Below the pieces are notes generated by a model that worked only from the letters and a program-made list of their open reading frames with translations, did no database searches and was not told the origin of the DNA. Position numbers and translations under genes: made by a program. A stretch of 40,659 bases of DNA from positions 1-40,659 of the forward strand of contig JBIOXP010000397.1 of NCBI GenBank assembly GCA_044869705.1. Reading direction: 5' to 3'. Origin of the DNA: Candidatus Binatia bacterium. Its GTDB lineage: Bacteria > Desulfobacterota > Binatia > UBA9968. This document shows positions 23,814 through 32,906 of this stretch, piece by piece (within the stretch, counting starts at the first letter, position 1; each line of letters starts with the position of its first letter).

Positions 23814-26279
23814 ATGCGTAAATGGCTGATTGCCGGCGCAATTTTGCTGATATTGATTATCGTGGGAGTGGTCGGACTGCTCAATATCAATGCGCTCATT
23901 GCACGTAATAAGAACTATTTGATTGGCCAGGCCGAAGCCGCTTTGGGACGGAAAGTTTCCGTAGACAAAGTTGAGGCGACACTCTTCAGCGGCATCGGCG
24001 CGCGCCTTACAAATTTCACCATGGCCGATGATCCTGCCTATGCGAGCGGCGATTTTGTCCGGGCAAAGGATCTTCAGGTAATCGTGAAGTTTTGGCCGTT
24101 GTTAAGAAAGAGCGTGCAGGTGAAACGGGTGATTCTGCACGATCCCGTGATCCAGATCGTGCGCAATCGAGATGGCAATTTCAATTTCTCGACAATCGGC
24201 AAAACAGCCAAAGAGAAAACCGAGGATGAGCGTCGCAAACAAGCGCGCGCGCCAAGAGAAGAACAGTCGGCTCTGCTCATTTCGCTGGTCGATATCTCAA
24301 ACGGAAACATCCGTTATGTCGACAAGAAAAACGGCACCGACATGCAGGCGAAACAGATCGATCTCAAGATTGAGGATTTCGATTTTGCCAAGCCGTTTTC
24401 GATCAAGCTGAAGGCGGCGATTTTCGCGGACAAGCAAAACTTTTCACTGGCGAGCAGAGTGGGACCGCTCAATCAAAACGTTCCGGCGACCGAAATTCCC
24501 GTCGATGGCAAGATCGACATCGATCCCCTTAACATGACGCAATTGCGCGCTGCATTGCCGATAGCAAAGTCGGCTCTGCCCAGGGACTTCGATATCTCCG
24601 GCGTTTACCGGGTCAAGGACCTCAAATTCAAAGGAACGTTGAACAACCTGGCGCTCGACGGCCAGCTCGAAGGAACCAACGGTGCGCTGCGTTACGGCAA
24701 TGCTTTTCAAAAACCGGCAGGCGATCCCCTCGCGCTGAGCCTGGCCGTCAAGGTTGCCGGCAATAAAATCACGATCCGCAACGGCCAGCTGAAACTCCAT
24801 TCATTGGAGCTTGCCGCAGCCGGAGATATTCAGACGGGAGATAATCCAGCTCTTAACCTCTCGTTGGACTCGAAACCGGCGTCCCTGGAAGGTTGGGATC
24901 GGATTGTTCCTGCTCTTGCCGATTATCAACTGTCAGGAACTATAGATGTGAAAGCGACGATCCGCGGCAGCATCGGTAAGGGAGCCGCGCCACAGATTCA
25001 GGGGACGCTCGGACTGAGAAAAGTCAGCGCAAAACCACCGAGTTTTCCCAAACCGATCGAGGATCTCGATACCACGATCAAATTCTCCGGTCAGAGAGCC
25101 GATATCAGCGACATGACTCTGAGCCTTGGAAAGTCGCGCATTCGTGTCGCGGCGGCTATTGAAAAATTCGCCCCGCTAACGCTCTCGTACAAAATGTCGA
25201 CGGCCGAGCTTTGGCCCGCGGATTACAGCGCCGCGCTTCCGGAGGAACGCAAGAGCGACGTCATTCGTAATTTGCAGAGCGCGGGGCAGTTCAGCATGTC
25301 GAGCGGTGATATGGTCTACCAAGGAAGACTGAGCTCGGCGGACGGCACACTCTACAATGTGCCATATAAAGCTCTCGACGCGACGCTTTCGCTGGCCGAT
25401 AAGGTGGCCAACATCAAGAGTTTACGCGTCAATGCGCTCAGCGGCGCGTTACAGCTGGACGGGCAGTACTCGTTCAAAGAAGCTGTGCCGCAATTTTCGA
25501 TGGCGTCGAAGGTTCAAAACATCGATGTGAAAGAGCTCTACACACTTCTCGATGCCAAGGCGGAGCGCGACATACGCGGCAGGATGAATGCGGATATGAA
25601 GCTTGCCGGAAGCGGCAAGAGTTGGGAAACGATCAAACCGACATTACATGGCCAAGGTGATGCCGAAGTCATGCAAGGCGCTCTGCTCAATTTCAATATT
25701 GCCGACAACGTGATCACGGGGATTACCGGCATACCTGGACTGACCAACGCGATAAATCCCTCGTTGAAAGCAAAATATCCCGAGACTTTTACGGCCAAAG
25801 ACACCGAGTTCAAAGAGCTCAAAGCGAATTTTGATCTGGCGGACGGTCGAATGAACGTCAAAAACATGCGCATGGCCGCGGCGGACTTCGTGGTTCAAGG
25901 AAATGGCTGGGCGGATTTCGAGCGCAAGCTCGACTTTCGAGCGACACTAATCTTTTCCCAACGCTTATCGGCTGATCTCAGCCAATCGGCTCGGGAGATG
26001 AAATACCTTTTGAACAATCAAGGACAACTCGAGGTGCCGTTTGCTCTGACCGGCAGGATGCCCAACGTGAGGCCCAAGCCGGACACGCGCTACCTCGGCC
26101 AAATGGTGCAGCGCGGTTTTTTGCGAAAAGGAACGGAAGAGCTGCAGAATCGTTTTTTGGGCGGAGGCAAAGACTCCGCGGCGCAGAATGAACAAACGCC
26201 GAGTGACAGTAACAGAAAGAAAAAAACCTCGACCGAAGACATGATCCGGCGCGGGCTCGAAGGTCTCTTCAAACGCTGA
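23814..26279 (+). CDS. AsmA-family envelope protein (N-terminal anchor plus long beta-rich periplasmic domain)
   Basis: 'MRKWLIAGAILLILIIVGVVGLL' anchor. 'LGRKVSVDKVEATLFSGIGARLTNFTMADDP...FVRAKDLQVIVKFWPLL...VKRVILHDPVIQIVRNRDGNFNFS' is the canonical AsmA N-domain. AsmA_2-like C-terminal part. Confidence 0.85.
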   Translation: MRKWLIAGAILLILIIVGVVGLLNINALIARNKNYLIGQAEAALGRKVSVDKVEATLFSGIGARLTNFTMADDPAYASGDFVRAKDLQVIVKFWPLLRKSVQVKRVILHDPVIQIVRNRDGNFNFSTIGKTAKEKTEDERRKQARAPREEQSALLISLVDISNGNIRYVDKKNGTDMQAKQIDLKIEDFDFAKPFSIKLKAAIFADKQNFSLASRVGPLNQNVPATEIPVDGKIDIDPLNMTQLRAALPIAKSALPRDFDISGVYRVKDLKFKGTLNNLALDGQLEGTNGALRYGNAFQKPAGDPLALSLAVKVAGNKITIRNGQLKLHSLELAAAGDIQTGDNPALNLSLDSKPASLEGWDRIVPALADYQLSGTIDVKATIRGSIGKGAAPQIQGTLGLRKVSAKPPSFPKPIEDLDTTIKFSGQRADISDMTLSLGKSRIRVAAAIEKFAPLTLSYKMSTAELWPADYSAALPEERKSDVIRNLQSAGQFSMSSGDMVYQGRLSSADGTLYNVPYKALDATLSLADKVANIKSLRVNALSGALQLDGQYSFKEAVPQFSMASKVQNIDVKELYTLLDAKAERDIRGRMNADMKLAGSGKSWETIKPTLHGQGDAEVMQGALLNFNIADNVITGITGIPGLTNAINPSLKAKYPETFTAKDTEFKELKANFDLADGRMNVKNMRMAAADFVVQGNGWADFERKLDFRATLIFSQRLSADLSQSAREMKYLLNNQGQLEVPFALTGRMPNVRPKPDTRYLGQMVQRGFLRKGTEELQNRFLGGGKDSAAQNEQTPSDSNRKKKTSTEDMIRRGLEGLFKR

Positions 26280-26314
26280 GGGCCGGATCGTGCCTCTCTA
26301 ACGGCCAGTGAATG

Positions 26315-26329
26315 TCCCCTTCGGGGGGA
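26315..26329 (+). terminator. tetraloop-type hairpin TCCCC-ttcgg-GGGGA 36 nt after the asmA-like stop
   Basis: Read directly. No clear U-tract follows, so intrinsic-terminator status is uncertain. Confidence 0.3.
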
Positions 26330-26513
26330 TGGTTGAAACCCCTCACCTTCAGGCGAAGTGAAGGTTTGTCATGCCGGCGCTTCGACAAGTCCTAGGCTAC
26401 ACTCCGGCAGGCATCCAGGTTCGCTCTTGGTCCGAATACAAAAATCGGCCTGGATTTCGGCATGCGCCGGCATGCCGGAAACAGAAGTCGACTTCCATTC
26501 GATAAATTCAGAA

Positions 26514-26536
26514 GCCCCCGGCTTGGAGCCGAGGGC
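26514..26536 (-). terminator. hairpin GCCCUCGGC-uccaa-GCCGGGGGC followed by a U-rich tract, downstream of the cupin gene
   Basis: 9-bp GC-rich stem with one mismatch, 24 nt after the stop at 26560 on the minus strand, followed by 'ttctgaattta'. Confidence 0.35.
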
Positions 26537-26559
26537 TGTTCAGCGCGTCAACCGACCGA

Positions 26560-27060
26560 TCACACAGCTTTGTAAGCCAGCCGTTTCATCTTTTGCGTGT
26601 TTTTGCCTTCGATGCGCAGCAAACCCGTGGCGGCGACTCGTTTCGGCGAGTGCACATCGCCTTCGTTATAGACGTGCGCCATCCCCGGCTTGAGTGAGTA
26701 GACGCGGGCGCGACGAACTTTTCCGGGTTGGCCATCCGAAGCCGGGTCGAGGATTTCCCAATCGCTCATTTCCGTCTCGCCAAAGGCTTGGCCGTAAATC
26801 GCCCAGGAGCTTCCATGATCGTGCGGATTGGCTTCTCGGGCATCACGATTGACGTGAGCACAGACACAGAAACCTAGCTCCGGATCTTCATAGATGACCT
26901 GCCGATCCGGTGTATTGTCATTGATGTACGTGGCAATGAATTTGTCGTCCTTGAGCGCCTCTTGGACAAGATGACGAACTCTCTCGCGCCCTGCCGGGCT
27001 GGGATCTTGTTTGAGCGCTTCCTTCACATCGGCGGCAAACGATTCGAGTGTAAAGCCCAT
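26560..27060 (-). CDS. cupin-fold protein (cysteine-dioxygenase/PCO-like metal site)
   Basis: 166 aa. 'CAHVN....NPHDHGSSWAIYGQ' and 'GDVHSP' give an HxH...H cupin-type metal-binding pattern. Confidence 0.55.
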   Translation of the reverse strand: MGFTLESFAADVKEALKQDPSPAGRERVRHLVQEALKDDKFIATYINDNTPDRQVIYEDPELGFCVCAHVNRDAREANPHDHGSSWAIYGQAFGETEMSDWEILDPASDGQPGKVRRARVYSLKPGMAHVYNEGDVHSPKRVAATGLLRIEGKNTQKMKRLAYKAV

Positions 27061-27324
27061 GACGATGCTCCTTTCGCTAACTGATTTGAATCGTGTTTAC
27101 AAAATGACACCATGCCCGTCAAGTTGCAGCCTCCGGTGGCGGACAGATGCTGACCGGAAAATTGCGCTCATCGAAAAGATAATAGATGTCACTTCGCGCC
27201 CCGAGATACTCAATCGGTCCTCGGTTCGTCTTTGTGGCATCGTGCGATTCAACGGAGGACAATTCGGTAGAAGCGCGTCAACGGATGTAGTAGGTATCTG
27301 TCTTTACTGAGCGGAGGAGAGGTC

Positions 27325-28356
27325 ATGATTCACACAAGCCTTCAGCGCGCTCTGGTGATGAGCGCTGTCTTCGCGATCACTGTCAGCGCGCAAGCGCGCG
27401 CGCAGGATTTTTTCAAGGACAAGACAGTGACTTTTATCGTCGGGTATTCGCCAGGTGGCACGTATGACCAATATACGCGACTGCTTGCCCGGCACATGGG
27501 AAAGCACCTGAGCGGCAATCCCACGCGCATTGTCGAGAACATGCCCGGGGCTGGCGGGATTATCGCGGCTAATCATCTTTACAACCGGGTGAAAGCTGAC
27601 GGCCTGACGGTCGCGGCGTGGGCGTCGCCGCTCATCCTACAGCAGATTATGGGCAACGAGGCGACCAAATTTGACGCGCGCAAAGTCGGCTGGCTCGGGA
27701 TTCCCGGTCCCTACGACACGGCATGTCACTTCAACCAACAGAGTGGAATCAAGAGCGTGGACGACTGGTTTGCCGCCAAGCGGCCGCTCAAGGTCGCTTC
27801 GATCGGGCCGGGAACAAGCCTCTCCGACGTCCCAAAACTGCTGAAAGCGGCGCTCAATCTGCCGCTCGAAATGGTGGAGGGTTACAAGGGTGGAGCTGAA
27901 GCACGGCTGGCGGTCGAAAGCGGCGAGGTGGATGGCCTGTGCGCGTCATGGCAGGCGACGAAGGTCTCCTGGCGGAACCAGATCGAAACGGGCAAGATTC
28001 ACGTTGTCCTGCAGGCGACGCTAAAATCTCATCCCGACCTCAAGAAGGTGCCGCTGGCAATCAATTATGCCAAGACTGAAGAAGCGCGCACGCTGCTTCG
28101 AGTCGCCGATAATGTGCATGTCTACCAATTTCCTTTCTCAACTGCGCCCGGCACGCCGCCTGACCGATTGCAGGTTCTACAACAGGCTTTCGTGAATACG
28201 TTGCGCGACCCGGAGCTCATCAGCGAAGCTAAGAAAGCCGACCTCGAGATCGCGCCGATTGACGGTCCGACCACGGCGAAGACATTCAACAGTCTCTATG
28301 AGTTACCGCCTACCCTGATCGCAACGCTTAAGGAGCTGCTCATACCCAAGCGCTAG
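27325..28356 (+). CDS. Bug/TctC-family tripartite tricarboxylate transporter substrate-binding protein
   Basis: Signal peptide, then 'KTVTFIVGYSPGGTYDQYTRLLARHMGKHL.GNPTRIVENMPGAGGIIAAN', the hallmark Bug-family N-terminal block. GGAGGAG Shine-Dalgarno precedes the start. Confidence 0.85.
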   Translation: MIHTSLQRALVMSAVFAITVSAQARAQDFFKDKTVTFIVGYSPGGTYDQYTRLLARHMGKHLSGNPTRIVENMPGAGGIIAANHLYNRVKADGLTVAAWASPLILQQIMGNEATKFDARKVGWLGIPGPYDTACHFNQQSGIKSVDDWFAAKRPLKVASIGPGTSLSDVPKLLKAALNLPLEMVEGYKGGAEARLAVESGEVDGLCASWQATKVSWRNQIETGKIHVVLQATLKSHPDLKKVPLAINYAKTEEARTLLRVADNVHVYQFPFSTAPGTPPDRLQVLQQAFVNTLRDPELISEAKKADLEIAPIDGPTTAKTFNSLYELPPTLIATLKELLIPKR

Positions 28357-28422
28357 CTGAGGAAGGCGGTTCAAATCGTTCCAGCTGTGAAACCGTTTCA
28401 ATGTCCAGGAGAGATCGACTGA

Positions 28423-29304
28423 ATGAAAAAAGTCGTCGTCACCGGAGGGAGTGGCCGCCTGGGGCAGTTCGTGATTCGCGATTTGCTCGCGCACCGTTAT
28501 CAGGTGCTGAGTTTGGATCGCGTTGCGCCCCGGGAAAAGTTGTGCCCGACGTGGCTTGCGGACTTACGCCACTCGGGCGATTTGTTCGAGGCTATGGAAG
28601 GCGCCTACGGCGTAATTCATCTGGGCGCGTACCAAGCGCCAAACCTCGCGCCGGATACCGAGACGCTCGCCAACAACGTTTCGGCAACTTACAACGTGCT
28701 GCGCGCCGCGGCGGACACTAGTACTCAAAAAGTTGTCATTGCATCGAGCACGGCGGCATTCGGTTTCATTTATGCAAAACAACTTTGGGCGCCGGAGTAT
28801 CTGCCCGTAGATGAAAAGCATCCTTCGTCACCTCAAGACTCGTATGGTTTGTCGAAAGTGCTCGGTGAGCAGATCGCCGACTCGATCGTTTCTGTCCATC
28901 GCGAGCTGACCATTAGCAGCCTGCGGTTTCCGGGAGTCAATTTTGATCTTTCCTACGCAAGCTTCGCCGAGCGATGGCGTAATCCGCAAACCCGCGCAAG
29001 CGGATTTTGGACCTACATCGATGCCCGCGATGCGGCGACGATTTGCCGCTCCGCGCCGGAGGCGAAGTTTACCGGGCATCAGGTATTTATCGCCGCGGCG
29101 CCTAACAATTGCATGATTCAACCCACGCTTGAGCTGATCAGAAAATACCTGCCGCGTGGCGCGCGAATCAAAAAAACTGCCGGGTCGCACTGGAGCTGTG
29201 TAGATTCGACCAAAGCTCGGCGCGTTCTCGGATTCAAGCCGGAGCATGTCTGGCAAAAATATTACAAGCCGGATCCGGCGCAGTCGAGCTGGCTCACGAC
29301 TTGA
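28423..29304 (+). CDS. NAD-dependent epimerase/dehydratase family (extended SDR)
   Basis: 'MKKVVVTGGSGRLGQFVIRDL' Rossmann motif and catalytic 'YGLSKVLGE' (YxxxK). Confidence 0.8.
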   Translation: MKKVVVTGGSGRLGQFVIRDLLAHRYQVLSLDRVAPREKLCPTWLADLRHSGDLFEAMEGAYGVIHLGAYQAPNLAPDTETLANNVSATYNVLRAAADTSTQKVVIASSTAAFGFIYAKQLWAPEYLPVDEKHPSSPQDSYGLSKVLGEQIADSIVSVHRELTISSLRFPGVNFDLSYASFAERWRNPQTRASGFWTYIDARDAATICRSAPEAKFTGHQVFIAAAPNNCMIQPTLELIRKYLPRGARIKKTAGSHWSCVDSTKARRVLGFKPEHVWQKYYKPDPAQSSWLTT

Positions 29305-29367
29305 CGTTCAGTTGTGCTAACCTGATGCAAGACGAACAGCGCCTTGTTCGGGTGGTGAATTACGACG

Positions 29368-30411
29368 ATGGCCCACGCGGCGATCAAATTCGGCATTTTC
29401 GATTGGATCGATCGCAATCGAATGGCGATCGATCAACTCTACGAGCAGCGCTTGAGGCTCATCGAAGCTGCCGATCAAAGCGGTTTTTATTGTTACCACA
29501 TCGCCGAACATCACGGCTCGCCGCTCAACCTGACACCTTCGCCAAATCTGTTTCTAGCTGCCGCGGCGCAGCGCACCCAAAACATTCGACTGGGCACGCT
29601 TGTCTATGTGATGCCGGCTTATAATCCACTGCGACTGGCTGAAGAGATTTGCATGCTCGATCATCTGAGTCGGGGAAGATTGGACGTCGGAGTGGGGCGC
29701 GGCATTTCGCCCATCGAGCTGTCATTCTTCAATATCGAAGCCGCGCAGTCGCGCGAGATGTTTCGCGAGTCCCTCGAGGCGGTCGTGCGGGCATTATCGA
29801 CGGGCAAACTGTCCTACGCCGGGCGTTACTTTTCCTTCCACGATGTCGAGCTTCAGATCGAGCCTTTTCAGCGCCCCTATCCACCGCTTTGGTATCCGAC
29901 CAACAGCACAGAATCGATGGAATGGCTCGCGCGCGAAGGCTTCCACACCGTCGTCCACTATCAATCGATGCCGGTCATTCACGAGCTTTTTGCTTTATAT
30001 CGGCGTCTCTGGAATGAGCACCGCGGCAACGCTCAGCGGCTGAACGCGCACGTCACGGACCCGCTCTACGGCATCTCGCGGCACGTTTATATCGGCAAGA
30101 CCGATGCGGCAGCCTGGGAGGAAGCGAAAGCGGCGCTTACGGACTTCAACGACAACACCAGTTATCTGCAATCGCGCCGCGGCGACAACAAACGGAAGGA
30201 TTTTCTGAACGACTTCGCGGCGCGCCGCGCCGAAGGTCTCTATATCGCCGGATCGGCTGCGAGCGTGCGCGAGCAAGTGAAACAGCATCTGGAGATCACC
30301 GGCGGCAATTACTTCGTCGCTTCGTTCGCCTTTGGCAACTTGACTCACGAACAGGCCATGAACTCGCTACGTTCCTTCGCTCAAGAGGTCATGCCCGCGT
30401 TTGAACGGTGA
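29368..30411 (+). CDS. LLM-class (luciferase-like) flavin-dependent monooxygenase
   Basis: 'FGIFDWIDR....QLYEQRLRLIEAADQSGFYCYHIAEHHGSPL' and 'LDHLSRGRLDVGVGRG' are typical of the bacterial luciferase family. Confidence 0.85.
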   Translation: MAHAAIKFGIFDWIDRNRMAIDQLYEQRLRLIEAADQSGFYCYHIAEHHGSPLNLTPSPNLFLAAAAQRTQNIRLGTLVYVMPAYNPLRLAEEICMLDHLSRGRLDVGVGRGISPIELSFFNIEAAQSREMFRESLEAVVRALSTGKLSYAGRYFSFHDVELQIEPFQRPYPPLWYPTNSTESMEWLAREGFHTVVHYQSMPVIHELFALYRRLWNEHRGNAQRLNAHVTDPLYGISRHVYIGKTDAAAWEEAKAALTDFNDNTSYLQSRRGDNKRKDFLNDFAARRAEGLYIAGSAASVREQVKQHLEITGGNYFVASFAFGNLTHEQAMNSLRSFAQEVMPAFER

Positions 30412-30519
30412 TGATGTGTTGACGCTCTTATGACAGTCTGTGATGCGAGCGGCGAGAAGAAGCGGCTTCAATGGAGGACACTAAGGAAGCGGCAGGCCCA
30501 CGACCGAAAGTGATGAGAC

Positions 30520-31158
30520 ATGGAGGCGAAAGTGAATCAGGCGAGAACCGCTAATAAGATCGACGTACTTCCGGAACATTGGGACCGCTTATTTGCGCCG
30601 AGCGCGTGCCTTGTCACTATTACGACGGTCGATACGCGCGGACGTATCAACGCCGCGTCCTTCGGCACTTGCGTGCGCGTGTGTCACGATCCGGTGTTCA
30701 TCGCCTTCACCGTCGGCGCGCCGAAAGATACTTGCAATAACGTCCTCGCCACCGGTGAATTCGTTGTCAACGTGCCGCCGTTCGAAAGAGCAATCCTCGA
30801 GAAAGTGCGCGTCTGCGGTCTCGAGTTTCCGACGGGCGTGAACGAGTTGGAAAAAGCCGGCCTCACGGGTATTGCTTCAAAAATCGTCAAAGCCCCGCGC
30901 ATCGCCGAGTACCGCAGCCATTTCGAATGCCAGCTCGAATGGACGAAACAGTGGCTGCATCGCGTGATGGTCGTGGGCAAAGTCGTCGCGGCATCCGTAG
31001 ACGAAGGTTGCGTCGATGACCATGGCTACGTCGTCTGGGACAAGCTCAAGCCGGCGCATTACTGCGGGCATGAATACAAAACTGGCTTTGTCGCGGCTTA
31101 TCAGAAGATGGATGTTGACATGATCTACAAGGACCCGATTCCGCCGCGAAATGCATAG
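30520..31158 (+). CDS. flavin reductase-like domain protein (split-barrel FMN-binding)
   Basis: 'CLVTITTVDTRGRINAASFGTCVRVCHDPVFIAFTVG....NNVLATGEFVVNV' matches the flavin_reduct domain. Follows the LLM gene. Confidence 0.8.
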   Translation: MEAKVNQARTANKIDVLPEHWDRLFAPSACLVTITTVDTRGRINAASFGTCVRVCHDPVFIAFTVGAPKDTCNNVLATGEFVVNVPPFERAILEKVRVCGLEFPTGVNELEKAGLTGIASKIVKAPRIAEYRSHFECQLEWTKQWLHRVMVVGKVVAASVDEGCVDDHGYVVWDKLKPAHYCGHEYKTGFVAAYQKMDVDMIYKDPIPPRNA

Positions 31159-31160
31159 GT

Positions 31161-31184
31161 CCGGCGGGGTTCTGCCGCCCCCGG
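31161..31184 (+). terminator. GC-rich bulged hairpin 3 nt after the flavin reductase stop, in a convergent gap
   Basis: CCGG-c-GGGG ttctgc C-g-CCC-CCGG gives about 8 bp with two single-nt bulges. There is no adjacent U-tract. Confidence 0.25.
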
Positions 31185-31242
31185 CAGTGATATTGCGGGT
31201 TTCACAGAATCTCGTGAAGCAGATGTAGCTCAGAAGCGAGAA

Positions 31243-32217
31243 TTATCGCACCAGCTTCTCTAGACGGCCTCGAATAATCTCCTCGGCTTCGGCGACAGTG
31301 TCTTCAACGACGGCTTTGACGCTCTTGATCGAATCGATCAAACCGGCATCTTCACCGTAAGAGAGCGAGGCATTTTCGATGTCTCCCGCCGCCCGCGCCT
31401 GAGCTAGCTGTTTGCCGATCTCAGCTGCGTCTTGACGAATGGCCCATTCGCGTCCGGCCCAACGCTCGATAAACCGATTGCGCTTGGCACGCGACATGGC
31501 GCCCGGCCAGACCCGCTGGCCGGCGAGGTCGGGAATTTCCGTGAGCACGGTATCATGGCCGTCGCTATCGACGATCGCCTGCTTGAAGTTCGGATGTAGC
31601 GGCGATTCGTGGGTGGCGAGAAAGCGCGTCCCGAGCAGAACGCCTTCGGCACCCATCGCAAGCGCTGCCGCCAGGCCGCAGCCATCGGCAATGCCGCCGG
31701 CGCAAAGCACCGGAAGAGGCGCGAGTGCTTTGACCATCATGGGCAGCAGCGGCAACGATGACATCCAACCGACATGGCCGCCCGCTTCCGTTCCTTGCGC
31801 CACCAAAATGTCGGCGCCCGCTTCAGCGGCGCGCAGCGCTTCCGGAACTTCGCCCGCCATGTGCATGACCTTGCAGCCGGCGTCGTGCGCGCGCCGATAA
31901 TACTCGCGCAGATTCTGCTCTTTGCGCGCCCATGCGAAAGCAACGAGCGTCGGCTCGGCCGCAAGCGTTACCGCGAACATGTCCTCCTTGATCTGAAACA
32001 ACAGATGATTGATACCGAACGGTTTCTCGGTTCGCTCGCGAATTGAAGAGACCTCACGGTCGAGGCTCGCAGCATCAAAAGCTGATGTGCCGAGCGTGCC
32101 AAAGCCCCCCGCATTGGAAACCGCCGCGACCAGCGGCGCGGTCGTAGCATTGCCCATGCCGCCCAAAACGATCGGATGGGGAATACCGAGCAGATCGCAA
32201 ATACGCGTTCGGATCAT
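31243..32217 (-). CDS. nitronate monooxygenase / NMO family (FMN TIM barrel, FabK-like)
   Basis: 'ICDLLGIPHPIVLGGMGNATTAPLVAAVSNAGGFGTLG' and 'GADILVAQGTEAGGH', 'AAGGIADG'. Confidence 0.85.
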   Translation of the reverse strand: MIRTRICDLLGIPHPIVLGGMGNATTAPLVAAVSNAGGFGTLGTSAFDAASLDREVSSIRERTEKPFGINHLLFQIKEDMFAVTLAAEPTLVAFAWARKEQNLREYYRRAHDAGCKVMHMAGEVPEALRAAEAGADILVAQGTEAGGHVGWMSSLPLLPMMVKALAPLPVLCAGGIADGCGLAAALAMGAEGVLLGTRFLATHESPLHPNFKQAIVDSDGHDTVLTEIPDLAGQRVWPGAMSRAKRNRFIERWAGREWAIRQDAAEIGKQLAQARAAGDIENASLSYGEDAGLIDSIKSVKAVVEDTVAEAEEIIRGRLEKLVR

Positions 32218-32300
32218 AACGCCTCCGGTTGCGCGGCCGACGCTACTCTAGCCGCAAACTTTTCAAGCAAAATTGCAAAGCGCATTGAACAGCGCAATTT

Positions 32301-32873
32301 TCAACGCCACTCGGTTCGATCCGGATGGTACACCGCGGTGGCGAGGTGTTGTCCATTGAGATGAAAAATTCCAATCAAGCGAACTGCACGCCTGAGGGTG
32401 GCGTGCGGCGGCGAGCGATCCGCCCATTTAATGAACTCCCGGATCTTTTCAGGGCTTTCTTTGCTGTGGATTTTAATTTCGAAGGTAATTTCCTCGAATC
32501 CTCTATGTTCGTAACCGAGATCATAGAGATATTCTCCCCGACGATCGAACCACCCGCGCACTTGTTCTTCCAAAGATTCGATCTCCAGATCAAGAACGCC
32601 GGCGGCGCGGCCCCACTGAGTAAAATGGCTAAAACCAAATCCCGCTAAAAACGTATGCGCGGGGCTGACGCCTTTGCCGAACCCGGTGCTATGATCGTTC
32701 TCATCCGAGATTAGTTCCTGGTCGCGAATCCTGGTTTTCCCCGAACAATTTTCCAACCACGTGATCGTGACGTTGGGCGTCGACCGATAATCCTTGGGAT
32801 CCACTTTCTGGGGCAGCTCCACCAGCAGCTTGTCGAGATATTTCATTTTTTCTTTGTAAATTTTGATTGCCAT
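32301..32873 (-). CDS. OsmC/Ohr-fold protein lacking the usual cysteines
   Basis: 'SDENDHSTGFGKGVSPAHTFLAGFGFSHF' parallels the OsmC 'SDEP..GG...GpsP.ELLlaALa.C' block. 'ADRSPPHATLRRAV' parallels '..CPvs.tL'. Neither position has a Cys. Confidence 0.5.
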   Translation of the reverse strand: MAIKIYKEKMKYLDKLLVELPQKVDPKDYRSTPNVTITWLENCSGKTRIRDQELISDENDHSTGFGKGVSPAHTFLAGFGFSHFTQWGRAAGVLDLEIESLEEQVRGWFDRRGEYLYDLGYEHRGFEEITFEIKIHSKESPEKIREFIKWADRSPPHATLRRAVRLIGIFHLNGQHLATAVYHPDRTEWR

Positions 32874-32906
32874 AGTGAGCCTCCTTGCTGCGCGTTGATC
32901 CTAAAA

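Noticed and set aside
32313-32322. GGTTCGATCC, a tRNA T-loop-like decamer.
   Set aside because: The flanks (ctc / ggatgg) cannot form the 5-bp T-stem, and there are no acceptor or anticodon arms. It lies inside the OsmC-like coding sequence.
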